64,000 nt of DNA from Eledone cirrhosa. Its lineage: Eukaryota. The stretch spans positions 23,188,001-23,252,000 of the forward strand of contig OZ024743.1 in the NCBI GenBank assembly GCA_964016885.1. The letters run 5' to 3'. The notes beneath the pieces are model-generated. The model was given only the letters and a program-made list of their open reading frames with translations. It made no database searches and was not told the origin of the DNA. The translations under genes and the position numbers were made by a program. Below are positions 25,818-37,760 of the stretch, one piece after another. Position 1 is the stretch's first letter. Every line of letters begins with the position of its first letter.

Positions 25818-27118
25818 TATATTTTGTCCCCTAATGAAAGAAATCTTTGAAGTCTACCTCAGAGATTGCCATAACCATTTGTGATCATTTTAAAAATCAT
25901 TTTTCATTTTATCAAGAAAGCCAAAACTTGCTATATATATATATATATGCCCTTAATCTGACCTGACCGTCAGTAATCCAACATATCAGTTGATCCTTCA
26001 AAATATTTGACTCCCTCACAACCATCTACTTTGAAATTATCATATCTCAGCATCAGAAATCAAACTTCTTAGTTCATGATGTTTATCACCAAATGGAAAA
26101 AAAAATGTTGATAGCTGGTCGGTTCAATTGATGAGATTTTTGTCCTTTCAATGAAACTGGCTCCATGATCTGTTGTGAGAGAAAGAAGAAACAAAATTAG
26201 TGGCAGTGCTAAACAACAAAAAAAGAAGACTTCATTAAAATATACATTTTTCTTTTGACTAGGAACAATCTATGCCAGAATTGCAAAACCTTTTAGCTTG
26301 GTATGTTGAAATTAAAATGTTCCTAATAGTTCTGTTATTGATGTATTATGTACATGTCATCAGCATCATCAACATTTAACATATATTTTCCATGATTGCA
26401 GGAGTTAGATGGTTTATCTATTCAGCCATAGAAATCTAGTCAGAAACAGTCCTATATGAGCAAGACACGGTCACCTGACCCAACTTGCCTCTAATGGGAC
26501 AACCGATCTAACCCATGCTAGCATGGAAAATGGACGTTAAATGATGATGGTGATGATGATGGCATTTTAAGTGACTAGACTAGACAATCAAGTGACAATG
26601 TCTTGCATGTATGCTCTGTTTTGGGCTTGGTTTCTACAATTAGATGCTCTTCCTAATGCCAACCACTTTACATCAGGTACGTGGAGCATTTTATCATGTC
26701 TCCAGCACTATCACCTTACAGGGTGGATTGGGTGTTTTTTCACGACTCCAGCAGCACCACCACATTACAGGGAGGAGTTGGTGCTTTTTATCATAACATA
26801 AATATATTTATCAAACTAGACTAATCTAACATAAATTGAAATTTCAAAATATACTTATTAAATAACAATGAGAAAATGGAATTAAGTTTAACCCTCTAGT
26901 GACTATATTTCAATTATGTGTTTCAATTAAGTTTTAATATAGTCAGGATTTTGAAGGCATTTAGTAAAATATCTTTAATTTTATATAATAGTTTATTATG
27001 CTGATGGTGATTAATTGAAATCTCATGATATAAATGTATATAAGGAGATTTTGATTGAGATTTTACAATGTAAATATGAACGTTTCAGTAAAGGTAGTAT
27101 CAGATGAGTTGGTATTAA

Positions 27119-27329
27119 CCCTTTAGCATTTAAACCGGTCATATCCAGCCAGAATTCTCTCACCTTTTTTTTTTGTTCAAACTGGCTGTAACTTGCTACT
27201 CAAACTGATGTTAAGATTATTGTTCTCAAAATAAATAATATCAAGATCTCATAGATTCGATATTATGTGAGATAAAGCCTTTACCACAAAAATACAATGG
27301 TACATTTAGAGTAATGTAAATACTAAAGG
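27119..27329. mobile_element. piggyBac-type MITE
   Basis: TTAA-CCCTTTAGCATTT...AATACTAAAGG-TTAA. Confidence 0.85.
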
Positions 27330-27969
27330 TTAAGACAGTTAAAACTGTTCAAAGTTCACCATGTATTATCTAAAAACCAACCTATGTCACTGCTGACATG
27401 ATACATGAAATGGCAACAATGTCTCTCATATTTCTAATATAACCTTCCTACTTCAAAATAAAAAAAAGCTTTTGCCTTTAACCATATGAAGCTTCTCTGT
27501 AGTTGAAGGCAAGCATAAGTGAGAATTGACTGACTTTATTGTTAGGAAAATGGCACAAGCAAAAAATATAGAATAAAACACTATTTGCAATGTATAATAA
27601 TTCTTTCTAATATAGGCACAAGGCCAGCAATTTGGGGGAAGGGGAAAACCAATTATATTGATCCCAGTGCTTTTACTGCTAATTTATTTTATTGACCTCA
27701 AAAGAACAAAAGGCAAAGTTTGACAGGAATTGTAAAGCAGCTGAATGAATGAGGCAGCACTGAGAGTCATCATTCATCATCATTTTATTTTACGTCCGCT
27801 TTTTCCCTGCTTGCAAGGCTGGGACGAGAACTGATTCTGGCTTGATTTCTACAGCTGGATGCCCTTCCTAACAACATCCTCATTTACAGTGAGTGCTGGG
27901 TGCTTTTTTGCTGTGGCACCTCCACGACCACTTTGCAGTGGAATGATAGGGAACCCAGTCCTATCATCT

Positions 27970-28112
27970 CATTTCTACAGCTGAGTAAACTGGAGCAATG
28001 TGAAATAAAGTGTCTTGCTCAAGGAAACAACACATCACCCGGTCTGAGAATTGAACTCACAACCTTTCGATTGCAAGGCCAATGCTCTAACCACTAAGCC
28101 ATGTGCCTCCAG
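27970..28112 (-). mobile_element. SINE family B, 5' part
   Basis: Reverse complement of the family B head and core. Confidence 0.75.
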
Positions 28113-28184
28113 AGTGTAAGTATTAAATATGAAGAAGGGTGTTAAGAGGAATTAGCGGGGAGGAGGAGGAGAAGAAGAAGAAGA

Positions 28185-28420
28185 ATATTGTGCCATCCCA
28201 GGAAATTGCAAAAGTAACGAAATTGCTCAAATGTGGTCAATACCACCAAGGAACATCAAGATAAATCCAACTGTCATAGAAGCTTTGGGATTGATAACCT
28301 TAAAACTGAGAGTGTATCTTGAGCAAATAGACCTCTAAACATGAATTAGATTCCTACAAAAAACTACCCTGCTGGGTATTCTACATATACTCAGACATTT
28401 ACTGTCTGTCTAAGGTCCTT
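28185..28420 (+). mobile_element. R4/Dong-like LINE 3' remnant (restriction-like endonuclease end)
   Basis: EIAQMW...INPTVIEALGLI...LQKTTLLGILHILRH resembles the R4/Dong C-terminal consensus. Confidence 0.6.
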
Positions 28421-29779
28421 GTTGAGACTCAGTAGACAGTAATCATCATATTTACTCTGCAAACCATCAATGATGGTTTCTTTCATTGGCACAAAGTTAC
28501 AAGTCAACTCCAATATATTACTGGCAATCATTTTAACAGCCCTATAGAGATGAAAAGCAAAAGAAAAGCTTCGAATTGTGTAGTTGTATCCCATAAAGGA
28601 AAATAACTAAATACCACAACACATTTTGTTTCGGCAGTAGGTCACCAACACAGGAAGGTGTCATGTCTATGACACAATTGAAGAGTCCTTTCGACCCTTT
28701 GTTTGGAAGATTTTTATATGGCTGGACGCTCTTCCTATCACTAACCACATAACAGAGTGTACTGAGTATGTTTATTGTGTACGTCACCAACACCAGAGAG
28801 GTTATCATGTCTACGGCACAATTGAATGGTCTTCCTGGCCCTATGATTGGCAGGTTTTCTATGGCTGGGTGCACTTTACATAAACCAAATTATGTTCTCT
28901 CTACTCTGCCCCTGCTCCTTAAAGTACCACCACCACTCAAGCTTGCCTGACTCATTCATATCTTCTCCTTTCATCAACACATTGTTCCTATTCTCACCTG
29001 CTAGCTTCTAAACTAACCCTTTATCCCCAGCCCTTTCTCCCAAAAGCCTCAACTTTCGAGATTTTTTCCTACCTATATTTCTTCTACAACTATCACCTTT
29101 CAGTTGTTTAAGAGGAATATCAACTGATTTATCTCATCTGTCCCATGGGTTGGGATGGTGTTGAGAAAGTTATACACACCATCTCTTCCTCTAGACAAAA
29201 CCCTTTTAAATATACAAAAATGATCAAGACAGTTTAGATAGTATTGATTTTCTCCTCTAATTAGTACACACTAGTAAACATATATGATACAAAAAATAAC
29301 TAAAGCAGAAATATGTTATAAAAAGAATTTTTAATGAGTCTCCTATTTAAGGAAACAAAAACATAATGATGATATTGCCAAATGTTGAGTTGCATTGGTA
29401 TTTCTGTCATGATGATAATTGATTTGTTGTTTTTCAAAAGAAAAACTTTTCTTGCAGGAGTAATTCTGAGTTAATATTGATTTATCATATGTACTCAAAA
29501 GTACCTAATTTTGCTAGTTATACTGAGTGACAGAAATAATGAAAACCTTGATTAGAGGATTTTTAATTAATTTCGCTGTTTATTTTTTGTTTTTGTTTTT
29601 TTTTGTGGTGGTGGGGTGAATGAAAATTAGATGAATTAATGATTCAAATAATTTCATGTAAGGAAATACTTCTATTATAATCGAAAATTATAGATATCTT
29701 CAGTTGTACTTAGCTTGTATTAATTGAGAAAATAAAATAACGAGTTTTTGTCTAAGATATTAACACATTCAGTGTATTT

Positions 29780-30020
29780 ACCAGGCCGAGGAGGGTAAAG
29801 TCTCCATATATCGGTCACTCCCCAACAGGTTTGCAGGCGAGTCCATGGTAGTGGAGACTGCTGGTGTCCTTGACCCTAGTGCCACCTCCCTGTTCACCAC
29901 CATCGGCACAGAATTGGTTACCTGTAGGTGTGAGCCTAACGAGCTGGAATGGTTCTTCCGGCACATCTCTCCCACCATCCTCCAGTGAAATGCTTTCTCT
30001 ATTCTGTCCGTTGGGATCAT
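29780..30020 (+). mobile_element. CRE-like non-LTR retrotransposon 3' remnant (RLE domain)
   Basis: AEEGKVSIYRSL...VVETAGVL...IG..L...EPNELEWFFRHISPTILQ*NAFSILS resembles the CRE motif AE..K..KY..L..A.ET.G..IG..QRLS.A.QRGNA.S.L. Confidence 0.65.
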
Positions 30021-30372
30021 GGGGTGGCCAATGCGTGGTCACCCATTTGGTCACAATAGAGAGAGATGCAGAGAGCAAGAGAGACAGAGGCAGTGAGATT
30101 GTGGTTCTTTTTTGTTCTGACCTGGAGTATATATGTGTATATAAGAGATAATGACTCTTTCCCACCACTATACTTTATAATATTAAAAAGAAAATCTTTT
30201 CTAAAAGTATTCTTTGTTTATTAGTGATTCACTATTACTGTTGTTAATAATAAACTCCAGATCCACCCTGATTGAGCAGCCCTGTGATCTAAGGCATTCT
30301 AACCATGACCATCTCGTTTTTGTTTAAAAGTTCCAGAACTACATTAACTTGCATGAACTTATGAACATGTCT

Positions 30373-30432
30373 TATATATATATATGTACATATATATATA
30401 TATATATGTACATATATATATATATATATATA

Positions 30433-30470
<38 letters not shown>

Positions 30471-30509
30471 TATATATATATGTGTGTACATATATATATA
30501 TATATATGT

Positions 30510-30584
<75 letters not shown>

Positions 30585-30854
30585 TATATATATATATATA
30601 TATATATGTACATATATATATATATATATGTACATATATATATATATGTACATATATATATATATGTACATATATATATATATATATATGTGTGTACATA
30701 TATATATATATATATATGTACATATATATATATATATGTACATATATATATATATATGTACATATATATATATATATATATGTACATATATATATATGTG
30801 TGTACATATATATATATATATGTACACACATATATATATGTGTACATATATATA
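30373..30854. repeat. (TA)n microsatellite periodically interrupted by TGTACA/TGTGTACA
   Basis: Direct reading; source of the spurious YI-rich ORFs. Confidence 0.95.
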
Positions 30855-33536
30855 TTGCAAACAACCACAATGACAGAGGACGGAGACATCGTTATGCTAG
30901 CAGGAGACTTCAATGGTCATGTTGGACAGCTCCAGGATGGTTACACTGGGGTACATGGTGGGCACGGTTACGGTTCAAGAAATGAAGAAGGAGTGAGACT
31001 TCTTGAATTTTGTGATGCGAGTACATTGACTATTTGCAATACAAACTTCCAGAAACCTGCCAATCACCTAATAACCTACAAATCTGGTGAGCACATAAGC
31101 CAGATTGACTTCCTGCTAGTTAGGCAGCGGGACAGGCAGATAGTGTCTAATACCAAGGCATACCCTGGGGAAGAATGTACCCCACAGCATAGGTTAGTTG
31201 TTAGTGATATCTCAGTAAGCAAGAGATGGAATGAGACATATAGGAAGGTGTGGAGAAGAAAGGTCTGGAAGCTAAAAGACCTTTCACTAAAATACAAATT
31301 TAGGAAAGCCCTTCAAGATGTATATGACGAAAAAGAAGACGATTTAGAGACGTATGACATAGATAATAACTGGAATTTCTTACGTGACAACTTGCTGCAG
31401 GCTACTGATGAAACCTGTGGCTGGAGCAGAGCTCCAACCAGACAGAGAGTGACCTGGTGGTGGAACAGCACAGTAGATAAGGCTATTAGAGACAAAAGAC
31501 TAGCATGGAAGGCTTGGAAAAAGGGTGGGAGTAGGGAAGAATATACAGCCACTAAGAGAGAAGCTAGACGTCAGGTGTACTTAGCACGCAGGGAGGCAGA
31601 GAGTAGGAGATTTGCCAATGTTCTGCGACGGGAAGATCAGAGGCGTGCGGTGTTCCACATTGCAAGGCAGTGTGTCAATGCAAATCAGGATGTTGTTGGA
31701 GATAAATGTGTCCGGGATGATGCCGGTGTACTTAGTGTCACGAATGACCAGAAAAAGGAGGCCTGGAAATGTCATTATGAGAGACTGATGAATGTGGAGA
31801 ACGAATGGGAGAGAGAGAAATTACCCTTGGTAGATCCGACAGAGGGACCAGCTATTGAGATTGACGAATATAGGGTCCAAGAGGCGATTAGGGAAATGAA
31901 AAATGGTAAGGCGGCCGGACCATCGGGAATAGTTGCTGAGATGCTGAAGGCATCAGGGGACGTAGGCACTAAACTGGTTGCACACATCATCAATCAGGCT
32001 ATATATGGTGGTGTCATACCCAAAGACTGGTGCAGCAGTATTCTCATAAATTGCTACAAAGGTAAAGGGGATGCTTTGGAGAGGAGCAATTATAGGGGTA
32101 TAAAACTGATAGATCAGGTTATGAAAGTGGCAGAAAGGATTTTAGCACAACTAATTAGAGAAAGGGTCAAACTAGATGAGATGCAGTTTGGTTTTGTGCC
32201 TGGGAAGAGTACAACAGATGCCCTCTTCTTGGTGAGACAAATGCAAGAGAGATTCTTAGAGAAGAATAAGCCACTATACTTAGCCTTTGTTGACCTAGAG
32301 AAGGCCTTTGATAGGGTACCCCGATCTGTCATCTGGTGGTCCCTAAGGAAGCTAGGTGTTGAGGAATGGCTTGTGAGGACAGTGCAAACTTTGTACAGAG
32401 GTACTCTCAGTAAAGTCAGGGTAGGAATGGAGTTTAGTGAGGAATTCCAGATACATGTAGGAGTACATCAGGGTTCGGTCCTCAGCCCGCTCTTGTTCAT
32501 TATAGTCCTCCAAGCCATAACAGAGGAGTTTAAGACTGGCTGTCCATGGGAACTTCTCTATGCTGACGATCTGGCTCTTATAGCAGAATCAGTAGAGGAG
32601 CTAGAGAATAAATTCCGGCTATGGAAACAGCAGTTGGAAGCAAGAGGACTGAGAGTAAATCTAGCTAAGACAAAAGTGTTGATGAGTAGAAAAGAGGACA
32701 AAACCCTGATTCCGTTAGGGAAACGGCCATGTTCGATATGCAGAAAAGGAACTGGCATAAATTCTATAAAATGCACACAATGCAGGTCCTGGGTACACAA
32801 GAGATGTAGCAGGATAGCAGGCAAACTAACAGGTAGGGAGAAATATGTATGCAGTAGACGTACAGGGAAATTAGACAGTAGAAGTCGCACTGATAGACAC
32901 ATTTTTCAAATGCGAGAGGGCGCTATAGAAGTGGTGGATAGCTTCCGGTACCTAGAAGATCAGATTAGCATGGGAGGAGGGTGTTCCGAGGCCATAGTAT
33001 CTAGAATAAGGACGGGTTGGAAGAAGTTTAGGGAGCTGCTTCCTCTGTTGACGAAGAAGGGTTTCTCCCTGCGTACGAAAGGCCGGTTGTATGATGCCTG
33101 TGTGAGGAGCGCGATGCTGCATGGTAGTGAGACATGGGCAGCAACCGCAGAGGATATGCGACGGCTGGAGAGAAATGAGGCAAGCATGCTCCGTTGGATG
33201 TGCAGTGTAAATGTGCGTGAACGACCCAGCATAAATGTGTTGAGAGAGAAACTGTGTCTGAGAGGGATAGAATGTAGTGTACGGGAGAGGAGACTGAGGT
33301 GGTATGGACATGTGATGCGCATGGAGGATGACCGATGGGTGAAGAAGTGCCAGGAAATGCCAGTTGAAGGAAGACGTGGTAGAGGTAGACCACGAAAAAC
33401 ATGGGCGGAGGTGGTGAGAACAGACCTCAGATCATTGAAGCTCACGGCGGAGATGACGAGGGACCGTGACGAGTGGAGAGATGCTGTGCTGAATAAGACC
33501 CGTCCCACCCTTGCAAGCAGGGAAAAGCGGACGTAA
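30855..33536 (+). CDS. RTE EN(partial)-RT polyprotein with PHD-like zinc finger, ~893 uninterrupted codons, N-terminus missing
   Basis: Single open frame; the first 157 codons of the predicted ORF 30384-33536 are microsatellite, not element. Confidence 0.88.
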   Translation: MQTTTMTEDGDIVMLAGDFNGHVGQLQDGYTGVHGGHGYGSRNEEGVRLLEFCDASTLTICNTNFQKPANHLITYKSGEHISQIDFLLVRQRDRQIVSNTKAYPGEECTPQHRLVVSDISVSKRWNETYRKVWRRKVWKLKDLSLKYKFRKALQDVYDEKEDDLETYDIDNNWNFLRDNLLQATDETCGWSRAPTRQRVTWWWNSTVDKAIRDKRLAWKAWKKGGSREEYTATKREARRQVYLARREAESRRFANVLRREDQRRAVFHIARQCVNANQDVVGDKCVRDDAGVLSVTNDQKKEAWKCHYERLMNVENEWEREKLPLVDPTEGPAIEIDEYRVQEAIREMKNGKAAGPSGIVAEMLKASGDVGTKLVAHIINQAIYGGVIPKDWCSSILINCYKGKGDALERSNYRGIKLIDQVMKVAERILAQLIRERVKLDEMQFGFVPGKSTTDALFLVRQMQERFLEKNKPLYLAFVDLEKAFDRVPRSVIWWSLRKLGVEEWLVRTVQTLYRGTLSKVRVGMEFSEEFQIHVGVHQGSVLSPLLFIIVLQAITEEFKTGCPWELLYADDLALIAESVEELENKFRLWKQQLEARGLRVNLAKTKVLMSRKEDKTLIPLGKRPCSICRKGTGINSIKCTQCRSWVHKRCSRIAGKLTGREKYVCSRRTGKLDSRSRTDRHIFQMREGAIEVVDSFRYLEDQISMGGGCSEAIVSRIRTGWKKFRELLPLLTKKGFSLRTKGRLYDACVRSAMLHGSETWAATAEDMRRLERNEASMLRWMCSVNVRERPSINVLREKLCLRGIECSVRERRLRWYGHVMRMEDDRWVKKCQEMPVEGRRGRGRPRKTWAEVVRTDLRSLKLTAEMTRDRDEWRDAVLNKTRPTLASREKRT

Positions 33537-33562
33537 AATGATGATGATGATGATGATGATGA

Positions 33563-33565
<3 letters not shown>
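30855..33565 (+). mobile_element. Young 5'-truncated RTE-clade LINE with (GAT)n tail, inserted in (TA)n
   Basis: APE motifs [18 protein letters not shown]; RT motifs [26 protein letters not shown]; RTE C-terminus [17 protein letters not shown]. Confidence 0.97.
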
Positions 33566-33597
<32 letters not shown>

Positions 33598-33779
33598 ATA
33601 CAATAACAGAGATAGTTTAAAGCTAAACTCTGACTGGTAACCATCTCACTCAACAAACATTAGGTTATATTAAAATATAAACCCAATTTAAGTGTTTGGG
33701 GTGCTAACAATATGTATAATGTGGAAAAACCAGTTGTATTATTTTATGAGATATAATTAAAGTTAAAGTATATCTCTCT

Positions 33780-33904
33780 TTCCAAACAATTGTTTCATTA
33801 TAAGTTTTCTACAAGTTGGGAGAATGTTTCCAGTTTATGTAGAAGCCTAATATATATTCGTGTAAGAGTATATATAGGTGGGCACTTATAAATCATCAGT
33901 GGAA
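33780..33904 (-). ncRNA. Type I hammerhead with very long stem II, in a PLE-like insert (about 33594-34068)
   Basis: Minus strand: TTCCA CTGATGA T TTATAAGT...ACTTATAA T GAAA CAATTG TT TGGAA; core intact. Confidence 0.8.
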
Positions 33905-34066
33905 GCCCATTAAACATTGATATAAGAAAACAATTTCTTACCGCTGTCAAAAATCATGTCCGTAAAGTCGCTCTCTCACCTCGAATGACCGCCAAATTTG
34001 AAATTCCAGCAGTTTTTGACTGAGGAAGTATCATAGCGACACGAAGCGGGAAGGAGAGACAAACCA

Positions 34067-34165
<99 letters not shown>

Positions 34166-34887
34166 TATATATATATATATATATATATAATGTGTTGAAT
34201 GTATTTTAATGTTTTGATGTTTCTGTGCTGATATATTGATATTTGATTATCTCTATACAAAGGCCATATGTGTATTAACATGCATATAGAAGGTTTATAG
34301 AGTTTATTTTATGTGTTCATGTGTCTGTATATGTGCGTAGAGATGCTGGAAAACTCACGCAGTTTCTATATATACATATATATATATATATATAGGTATG
34401 GTTCTGTATATGTTACAGATATGCATAATATTAAATACATGAACGGTAATCATTTATGTGAGAACATGAATATTAATCGTATATTTATGTATATATACAG
34501 TGAAATTTTTATAACACAAGAAATTTTTTGTATGACACACGAAATTATAAATCAGGTGAAGTCATGTGTATGTCTATTATTATTGACTAGAGTTAGACAT
34601 AATTTTCTCTTTTTTCTTTTTTCAGAAAGTACATATACGTGTATATATATATACATATATATTTCCGTATTTTTATAAATAGGGTAATTTTTTGAAGGTT
34701 TTATCTCAGATTTTGGTATATTGACCTCAGAGTTTTAAACTAAACATATGGTCATTATTGAACAATGTTATTTTCTCATATTATATATCTATGTCTCATT
34801 CATGAATATTGATATTTGCATTCTTATTATCCATTTCATATGAATTGATAATTCAAATTGATATGACATGACGTAAAGATGTAACTG

Positions 34888-35380
34888 TATCCTTCTCTAT
34901 ATATATATAGCACTTTCTCCTCTCTCTTGAGTTTGTCTCTGTGTATGATGAATTATATGCATCTATCGCTTTCGTTTGCCTCTCCTATTTCTCTCTTGTT
35001 TCTCTTTCACTTCCTCCTATATATTTATATTTTCTCTCTCTCTTCCTTTCCTCCCCCCCCTCTCTCTCCGTTTTTTCTTTTTCTTTATCTCCAGTTTTCT
35101 CTTTCTCTCCATCTTTTTTCTAACTGTGCTTAACACTATAACTAAATAATTATTATCCTTCTCTCTCTATATAGTACTCCCTCTCTCTTGAGTTTTTCTA
35201 TATGTATGGTGAATTATTATTTATCTGTTGCTTTCGTTTGCCTCTCTTATTTCTTCCTTGTTCCTTTTCACCTCCTCCTTTCTTTCTCTCCCCTCTATTT
35301 CTCTGTTTTTTCTTTACCTCCGTTTCTTCTTTCTCTCCGTCTTTTTTCTAACTGTGTTTAACACTATAACTAAAAAATTA
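34888..35380 (+). repeat. Diverged tandem duplication of a ~230-265-bp pyrimidine-rich unit upstream of a hammerhead
   Basis: TATCCTTCTCT...TTTTCTAACTGTG.TTAACACTATAACTAAA occurs twice (34888-35152, 35154-35380). Confidence 0.85.
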
Positions 35381-35470
35381 TAAACAATTCACTACCCAGA
35401 CAGCTTCCTAATTTAATGGTCGCGTATAATATGGTACGTCAAAATTATTTATAAAACTGTTTATATATTG

Positions 35471-35536
35471 TATTTTATCTGACGAAGGCATGCCATATTT
35501 TTAATATGGTATCCCTGAAATATGTATAATGAAATA
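35471..35536 (+). ncRNA. Type I hammerhead ribozyme
   Basis: TATTTTAT CTGACGA AGG-CA-TGCCATATT-TTT-AATATGGTA-TC-CCT GAAA TATGTA TA ATGAAATA; stem I extendable by TTTATAAAAC/GTTTTATAAA. Confidence 0.82.
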
Positions 35537-35573
35537 AATATGGTTTTATAAATATAGTTTCCATTTATTTAAT

Positions 35574-35614
<41 letters not shown>

Positions 35615-36124
35615 ACATATATATATATATATATACATATATATATGTATATATATACATATATATATACATATATATGTGTATATATATATATATACAT
35701 ATATATATAAGCGGACATAAAATGATGATGATTATATATATATGTATAATCCTTTGTTTTCATTTGTTAACTTTCTATTTAATATTGGATCAACTATTTT
35801 TCCTAGTTATGTAACAAACTAGGAAGGGATGGGGAGCATATCAACTGCAGCTTTACTCTTTACTTGTCTTGCTTGAAAGAGTTGATGTATGCTATTAGGT
35901 AGTAATTAATAGCTATAGATTACACATAAAAGATATACAAATGAGAAAGAATAAAATTTTAAGTATGTCATTGATGTAAGCACAGTATAACTTTGTACAT
36001 TGATATTTCTTACATTCCACTTCTGATTGAGTTGTGACATTTATATTTCCATGACATGGCCACATTCACACATGCAGCAAGTCTTACATTTACTACGAGA
36101 TATATGAATGCCAACAATCATTAA

Positions 36125-36340
36125 CGCTTTAGCATTTACATTATTCTATATTTATTATTATATTTTCACGGTAAACAATTTATTTCACATAATTATCTAA
36201 CATAATATCAAATCTATGAAATTTTGAGATTATTTATTTTGAGAACAATACCTTAACATAAGTATGAGCATCCAGTTATGGCTGGTTTGAACAGAAAGAG
36301 GTGAGAGAATTCTGGCTAAATAAAGGCCATTTTAAAGGCT
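36125..36340. mobile_element. piggyBac-type MITE, degenerate
   Basis: TTAA-CGCTTTAGCATTTAC start; internal similarity to 11446-11631. Confidence 0.75.
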
Positions 36341-36344
36341 AAAT

Positions 36345-36900
36345 GGATAACCTGGTGAAAGCCTTTGACAGGTTGCTACACTATGGAATGTGGTGCATGC
36401 TATGTAAACTAGGGTAGATGAATGGCTTGTGAGGGTTGTGTCATGTACAGGGATGTAGTAAGCATAATAGCCATAGTCTGACAACATAGAGTTTCTCTCA
36501 CAAACGGTAAGCAAATTATATGATGATCACATGTACAAAGTGTTATGCAGTATAGTCCTTGAATGCAGAGGATTTGCAGATCTGGAAAGAAATGTTGTGA
36601 GAATGCTCTGGTGATGTTAGTTTACATGAACACTGAAGTTCAAATAAGCTAAGAAAGAAACTGGGTATAAGCGAAATCGGATGTAATGTGCAAGAAAAAG
36701 CATTGAGGTGATATGGGCATGTGACGCATATGGAGAATGACAACTGTATGAAGAAGTGCAAGGCAATAAATGTGGAACCAGTGAAAGAGACCTAGCAAAA
36801 ATATGTGACAAAGGGATAAAGACTAACCTCAAGAAACTAAACCCCAAAAGGTAAATGACAAAGTCCCAAGATGATTGGCAACAGATAATGCTGTCATGCA
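36345..36900 (+). mobile_element. Decayed, internally deleted RTE LINE fragment
   Basis: KAFDR, DEWLVR and GHVTHME..MKKC motifs. Confidence 0.75.
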
Positions 36901-37479
36901 CACATGAGAGATCAAACATTAAAATGTTCCTCCATCTGTTACCCCACCCCACCTCTTTCACTTCCTCTCACATTTATTGTACCATATTGCCAATATAACT
37001 AGGGATTGCATTGGATCTGTCTGATACACAACCACATATACACCATACCCATTCACTGCACATTGTTGACTATGAATGAGAGGTGTCTTCAGTCCTGTCT
37101 GTAACTAATCTCCACTGCCACCAATCTTACCAGTCTACTTCCATTCCCTCTCGCTATGCTGCCACTCTCTCTCCCTAAGCCCACTTCTCATTGACAACAA
37201 TCACTAGCTCTCTCGCTTTCTCTCTCTCACCAGTAAACCTATAACTACCATTACTTCCACCAGTAATATCTCTTTTTGTTACTCCTTCCAACATTACCAC
37301 TATCATTACTCCCTTTTATCCACTGCCTCTTTCATCATATTCACAATCCCTTTCTCTTGTTTCTGTCTCCCATGTATTACTCCCCCAACATTGTTACTTT
37401 CCCATTTACCCCTGACCCTCTCCTTCTTTCCAATATCTGTTTATTCTATCATACTCTCACACCCGTATCTGTGTCAGTG

Positions 37480-37760
37480 AGCTGCTCAACATTACCAAAC
37501 TTAGACCAATTACATCAATTGCCAAGTCAAGAGTACTCAAACTATATGGCCATATAAAAAGATCAACTCATGGTGTGAGTAGGTTATGCCTGGAAGGAAG
37601 GTTGGCTGGTAAGAGGCTGGCAGCCAAAATGATGGCTTGACAATGTCAACTTATGGACTGAACTTGATCTTTGCTCTTTGAACTCTGCTGCTGATGATCA
37701 AACTTTGTGGAGAGAGATATCACATGTTAATGTGCAGTCTGCAACTGGTGGAGTTTAGTG
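37480..37760 (+). mobile_element. RTE-like LINE 3' fragment (different subfamily)
   Basis: YGHI..SRLCLEGRLAGKR..WLDNV..WT..D..WR pattern across frameshifts. Confidence 0.55.

Noticed and set aside
29781-30121. GC-rich segment as a host coding exon on the minus strand
   Set aside because: All three minus-strand frames contain stops, and the plus strand is better explained as a CRE-like remnant
30384-30854. N-terminal 157 aa of the 1050-aa ORF and overlapping YI-rich ORFs
   Set aside because: Translation of a (TA)n/TGTACA microsatellite; RTE homology starts at about 30855
31076-33508. Multiple minus-strand ORFs over the RTE
   Set aside because: Antisense shadows of the LINE coding frame
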